Shown one piece after another: positions 59,904-64,000 of a stretch of 64,000 nucleotides of DNA. Under the pieces are notes generated by a model that was given only the letters and a program-made list of their open reading frames with translations, was not told where the DNA came from and searched no databases. The translations under genes were made by a program, and so were the position numbers. The DNA comes from Nemertoderma westbladi. Its lineage: Eukaryota; Animalia; Xenacoelomorpha. The stretch's first letter is position 1. The number at the start of each line of letters is the position of its first letter. The DNA lies in NCBI GenBank assembly GCA_032718475.1, contig JAUCBJ010008670.1, positions 1 through 64,000 on the forward strand, read 5' to 3'.

Positions 59904-60004
59904 GCCTATGTCAAGGGAATGCCCAGTATATGCACTCTAGATGTCAGACGTCCTGTGGATCATGCAACGCTCTGAAGGTAAAGAAGCAGAATGGAGCCAA
60001 GTGA
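59904..60004 (+). CDS. Coding exon 10 (second half of last ShKT, probable stop)
   Basis: ATTAG| phase 1: GLCQGNAQYMHSRCQTSCGSCNALKVKKQNGAK*. A possible donor AAG|GTAAAG at 59978 could extend the gene instead. Confidence 0.85.
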
Positions 60005-60239
60005 TATGTGTAGAAGATAGCATAACAAACTGGTTGGGGAATCATATCATTGTTAATATTCAATGTTCATTATAATTATAAACATCTGGTGATGGGAGAT
60101 AGACATTATACACTTATGTTTATATTTATTTCACTAAAGATTTATGTTCGATAATCAATTTTTGCTTGTTAGGGGACCACAACTAAATTAATTTTCTCTT
60201 GCAGAATATTGCGGATAGGAATTAGGGCTGGTAATCATG

Positions 60240-60950
60240 GAGGGTTATTGAAATCCCGGGATTCTGGGATCAGAAATGGTCCAATCCCAGGATCCCGGGA
60301 TAAATATAATCCAGGTGAAAAAATACTATTATCAATTAATACCTTTGAATATTCGTCTTTTTAATTAATATTATTGATTTACAACTGATAGTTAACATAT
60401 CATTTTATTAATATTAATACTACTGTATTATACTACAGTTTTGATTTGAAAAAAATCTTAAAAAGATTAGGTCATCAAGAGTTATGTCCCCAAGACGATC
60501 TTAGTTTGGTGCAAAGGTTACCACAGGCCGAGAATACTCATTCAGGTTCCACAGATGTGGGGATAATTTCCTTTAAATTGTTATATATTAAGGTTAAATG
60601 GTGTTCCAGATTTCCTGTATGTTCCCATTCTATCTCATTCTATAAAACTGACGCATGAACTCGATCTAACATAATAGACAAACTGTTCCAACGGGTTTTA
60701 GTGTCTAATATAAGTCTCTCTTCATTACCTTCTGTAATATAGGTTAGAAGAATATCGTTTTTTAGCTGTCACTGACTCACTGTCTAAACATGGCAATAAT
60801 CTTCCTAGTTTTGTCTATTACTTCCCGAATACGCTCGTCACTATTTTGATTCATATCCTCATTGTCACTGTCACAATAACTGATGATGTCTTCTTTATCA
60901 ATATCTATTCTACCTGTGTATAACAATAAGTATAATAAATATTAGATAAT
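60240..60950 (-). mobile_element. hAT transposase relic with nearby terminal repeats
   Basis: Minus strand 60661-60720 reads ERLILDTKTRWNSLSIMLDR (hAT TRWNS motif); ATCCCGGGA repeats at 60253-60300. Confidence 0.75.
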
Positions 60951-61959
60951 AATACTGGAGTTAAAATGCTGAAATCAACTGTCTCAGAGTCCAGAAATCA
61001 GTCTGGCTGTTTGAAGAAAACGGACATGAAAAGTAATCAAATTGGCAAAAAGCCATTATGGAAAAAAATAGTTTTAATTTGTTTTTAAAAAAACACACAC
61101 ATAAAATATCACTACTTACTCAATATGTGCCTTGGACTATTCTAAATGATGTCAAATGTTTATGTCTAGCTACTGGATCAATTATCATACAACTAAGCAT
61201 TTTAATGCTAAATTTATTTGTAAATCTTCAGATTTACTTACTATAAAAAATCGTGTCTGTTTGTCACGCGAAAGGCTCCGAAACTATCCGGTCAATTGTG
61301 TTGGTTTTAGTACCCTCCTTTAGTGTATGATCTGGTGTATAAAGCCATTTTCAGAAAAATACAGTCATTAGTTTTTGCACAAAATGAAATGGTAAATGCA
61401 ATGGTAAAATAACACCAATAACAGCTGGTGTTCATGAATAAAAATGGCTTATGTAATGGATTTCTACACATGCTTAGTATAAATCGTTATAAGGGTTGCA
61501 TTTGTGTGTGTTAAATATTTTATACAGCTGATCGCCTTCTCAGTTAACCGTTTCAGTCCCCCCCAGTGGCGTGGTGGGACCCAGTAAGGGGTCCGGGAAA
61601 TCCCAAAATAAGGGCCCATTCCTAAATGCTAGATCACCTCGAATTTTGACCACCCCCCCCCCCCCCCTTCACAGCCTCATGCACAAAATATTTTCTAGAA
61701 AAAGGCTTTTATAAAGTTTTAAAGAAACAAATATAATGGCACAATTAATCATAATAATACTGTATAAGTAGTGATATAGGGCAGTACACAATATATTTAT
61801 TTAAATGATTTTTACTTTTTACCGCGAAGTTTCGATTTAGTTATTTATAGTTGTTGCATAGGCTTCAAAATGTAGAGCTTCCTTCGCAAAGTTTTTCAAT
61901 TATAAAGATGGTTCAAATTCCTTGGTACAACACCTGTTTAAATTCATCAGGAGAAATGC

Positions 61960-63233
61960 CTCCAAATGTTAGTGAGATTGCATGAAACTTGAAATAGAGG
62001 TAGAATCACGCAACTCCTGGGTGGGTCGTGGGTGAGTCAGACTTTCAACTATTAGAGTACAAGCGTTTAAAAAAAGGTCGATATTGCACCAGTTACACCA
62101 TACACCGCAGTTATTCTTCAACCTTATCTGCCTACTGCGTATAATAGTAACATTCGTTGTCTCCTCTAAATAAAGTTAAAGTTGGTATAATAGTTACTCG
62201 TACAAGATATCCGTACAAAATAACAAATAACAGTTCAATAAAGATAGTTGTAAAGGGAAAAAATTTACTTTTGAACCCAGAAAACGTTTATAGGCAATAA
62301 AATAAAAATAACCAAAAGGTAATACAACATTGTTGCGCGGGTGTTGCCTGCATGTATTTTACACGTTTTTGTGTGGTATTGTCAAATAATTTACAATAGT
62401 TTTTGAGTTATTCAAAAAAATCAAGTCTCCCCTAAAGTCAAGTCTCCCTCACTCTCCCTAGTGAAGGAAAGCTGGAGAAAAGGATTCCAAATATCTATAA
62501 TTTCGTTGTAAAATGGCCGACATATTCAATAATTAGGGCGTTCAATAATGTTGCATATAGTGTTGCACCTCTACATTCTTAAAGTTAATTAAGCCATGGG
62601 ACTGGGAGTGGCAGAATAAAACACGATAAAGTGAATAAAGAATAAATTCAATTAAAAGCACCGTCACTTAGATATACTGAAGTAGAGTTGATGAATCCGG
62701 TGGAGATTCTATTTAATAAATACACCATATTCTGGAACATTTTGTTAATGTATGAATAGCTACATAATAGTATGATTAAAGAGTTATTGCATAGTTGCCC
62801 ATCTACGTATTGATAAACAAAATGTTCCAGAATTTATTATGGTGTATTTATTAAATATAATAAAATAATCTCACAGAGGTGCAAAACTATGTAACATTTG
62901 AACGCTCACATCTCGGCTATTGTTCAACGAAATTCAGATTGTGTTACATATTTGGAATCCTTGCATGTTCAGCTTTCCATCCGTACAAACATATCTCAAT
63001 AACGTTAAATAAAAACTTCGGTATAACTGGTGCAATAACGACCGAGGAACCTTTTTTTAAACGCTTTTAGCTAAAAAATGAGAACAAAAATAAAATTTCT
63101 GACTCACCCACCCAACCCACGAGGGTCAAATTTCATGCAATCCCATTCAGATTTGTATAAAAACAATGTTTTTTTTTTTTGGGGGGGGGGGGGGGTGTAG
63201 CTGAATAACGACACTATATTCCAGGAAATGGTG
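61960..63233. mobile_element. Diverged relative of the 45352-49253 MITE, with another insertion at ~62100-62460
   Basis: Right end ACACTATATTCCAGGAAATGGTG|TA; inverted arms; centre AATAAATACACCATATTCTGGAA matches the Helitron-free state. Confidence 0.7.
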
Positions 63234-63411
63234 TACTACTGTACTGTAATCAGGTAGGTGTATAACAATGAGTGTAATATGAAGACTGACAGGACATTGG
63301 GAATTAACAGTTATTACATACTATCCAATGAATTTTAGACTAACTGACCAATCAGACAACATGTTGACCAGCGTTCTCAGATAAGATTACATCATTTTTA
63401 TTACATTAGAG

Positions 63412-63750
63412 TACCTACCTACCTACCTACCTCTATTTCATGGGAGATGACTGGTCAGCTCAGGTGAGCAACTATATAGTTATGTACATACACAGCACAC
63501 AGCATTAGAAGGGAAGAGGGCGCCCCCCTACTGTGGTCAATTAGGCTCCCTTTTCTAAATAACAACTCAATATTTGTCTTACAGACTACTGCTAAAGAAA
63601 GGCTGGCCATTATTGGGTAATGAATGAGGCAGGGTATAGAACAGGTGCAGTTGGAGTATGTCTCCATCGTGAATTCTATCTGGTCTGGCGGGCTGGCACT
63701 AAATGTAACTTCAACACAGTTTGCCTTGCTTGACGCCTGGGGGGACTTTT
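63412..63750 (-). mobile_element. Probable decayed RTE-like 3' end with (TAGG)n tail
   Basis: (CCTA)n at 63413-63432 next to a GC-elevated degenerate coding-like segment. Confidence 0.4.
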
Positions 63751-64000
63751 TCAATATAGAATAATAATGGTATGTGCTCCTACCAACGTATACTACCCCC
63801 CCCCCCCCCCCCCCATCATCCTCTCCAAACTTCTTAGATTAGTGATGTGCGTGGTAACTGCGACATGGGGCCTTTGTAAATATTGTTTTGGTTTCGTTGC
63901 TTATATTTTATTGGAAAAATGTAATACCTGCTACTATATTTTTTTTTATAACGTCAATATAATTTTCTACCACTGGGGGGCCCGAGGGGCCCAGATCGTC

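Larger units (their letters stand above)
19589..60004 (+). other. Gene span: secreted CAP/SCP (CRISP-like) + Cys-rich + multi-ShKT protein, ~529 aa from 10 exons
   Basis: Ten GT-AG exons join in consistent phase (2,2,0,0,1,1,1,1,1) and total 1590 nt. An acceptor at 19548 implies an upstream 5' UTR exon that was not located. Confidence 0.88.

Overview
AT-rich animal (invertebrate-type) nuclear DNA, not prokaryotic. One host gene can be assembled by hand on the + strand: a secreted CAP/SCP (CRISP-like) protein with a Cys-rich region and several ShKT domains. It has 10 phase-consistent coding exons over 19589-60004 (about 529 aa) and a probable 11th exon (49323-49393) carrying an in-frame TGA at a position where ShKT domains have Trp. 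Almost everything else is transposon-derived and often nested: two related Ty3/Gypsy elements (one strikingly GC-rich), a solo LTR, RTE/CRE/CR1-group LINE pieces, pogo, hAT and P/Galileo-like transposase relics, piggyBac-, MULE-, CACTA- and Tc1-like non-autonomous elements, Helitron/Helentron-like elements sharing a 146-bp satellite, foldbacks and tRNA-derived SINEs. The most unusual item is an intact 1275-aa LINE ORF in which about 260 aa of apparent multi-pass membrane protein precede a 2A-like NPGP motif and the APE-RT polyprotein. All calls come from reading the sequence by eye; no database search or computation was run.
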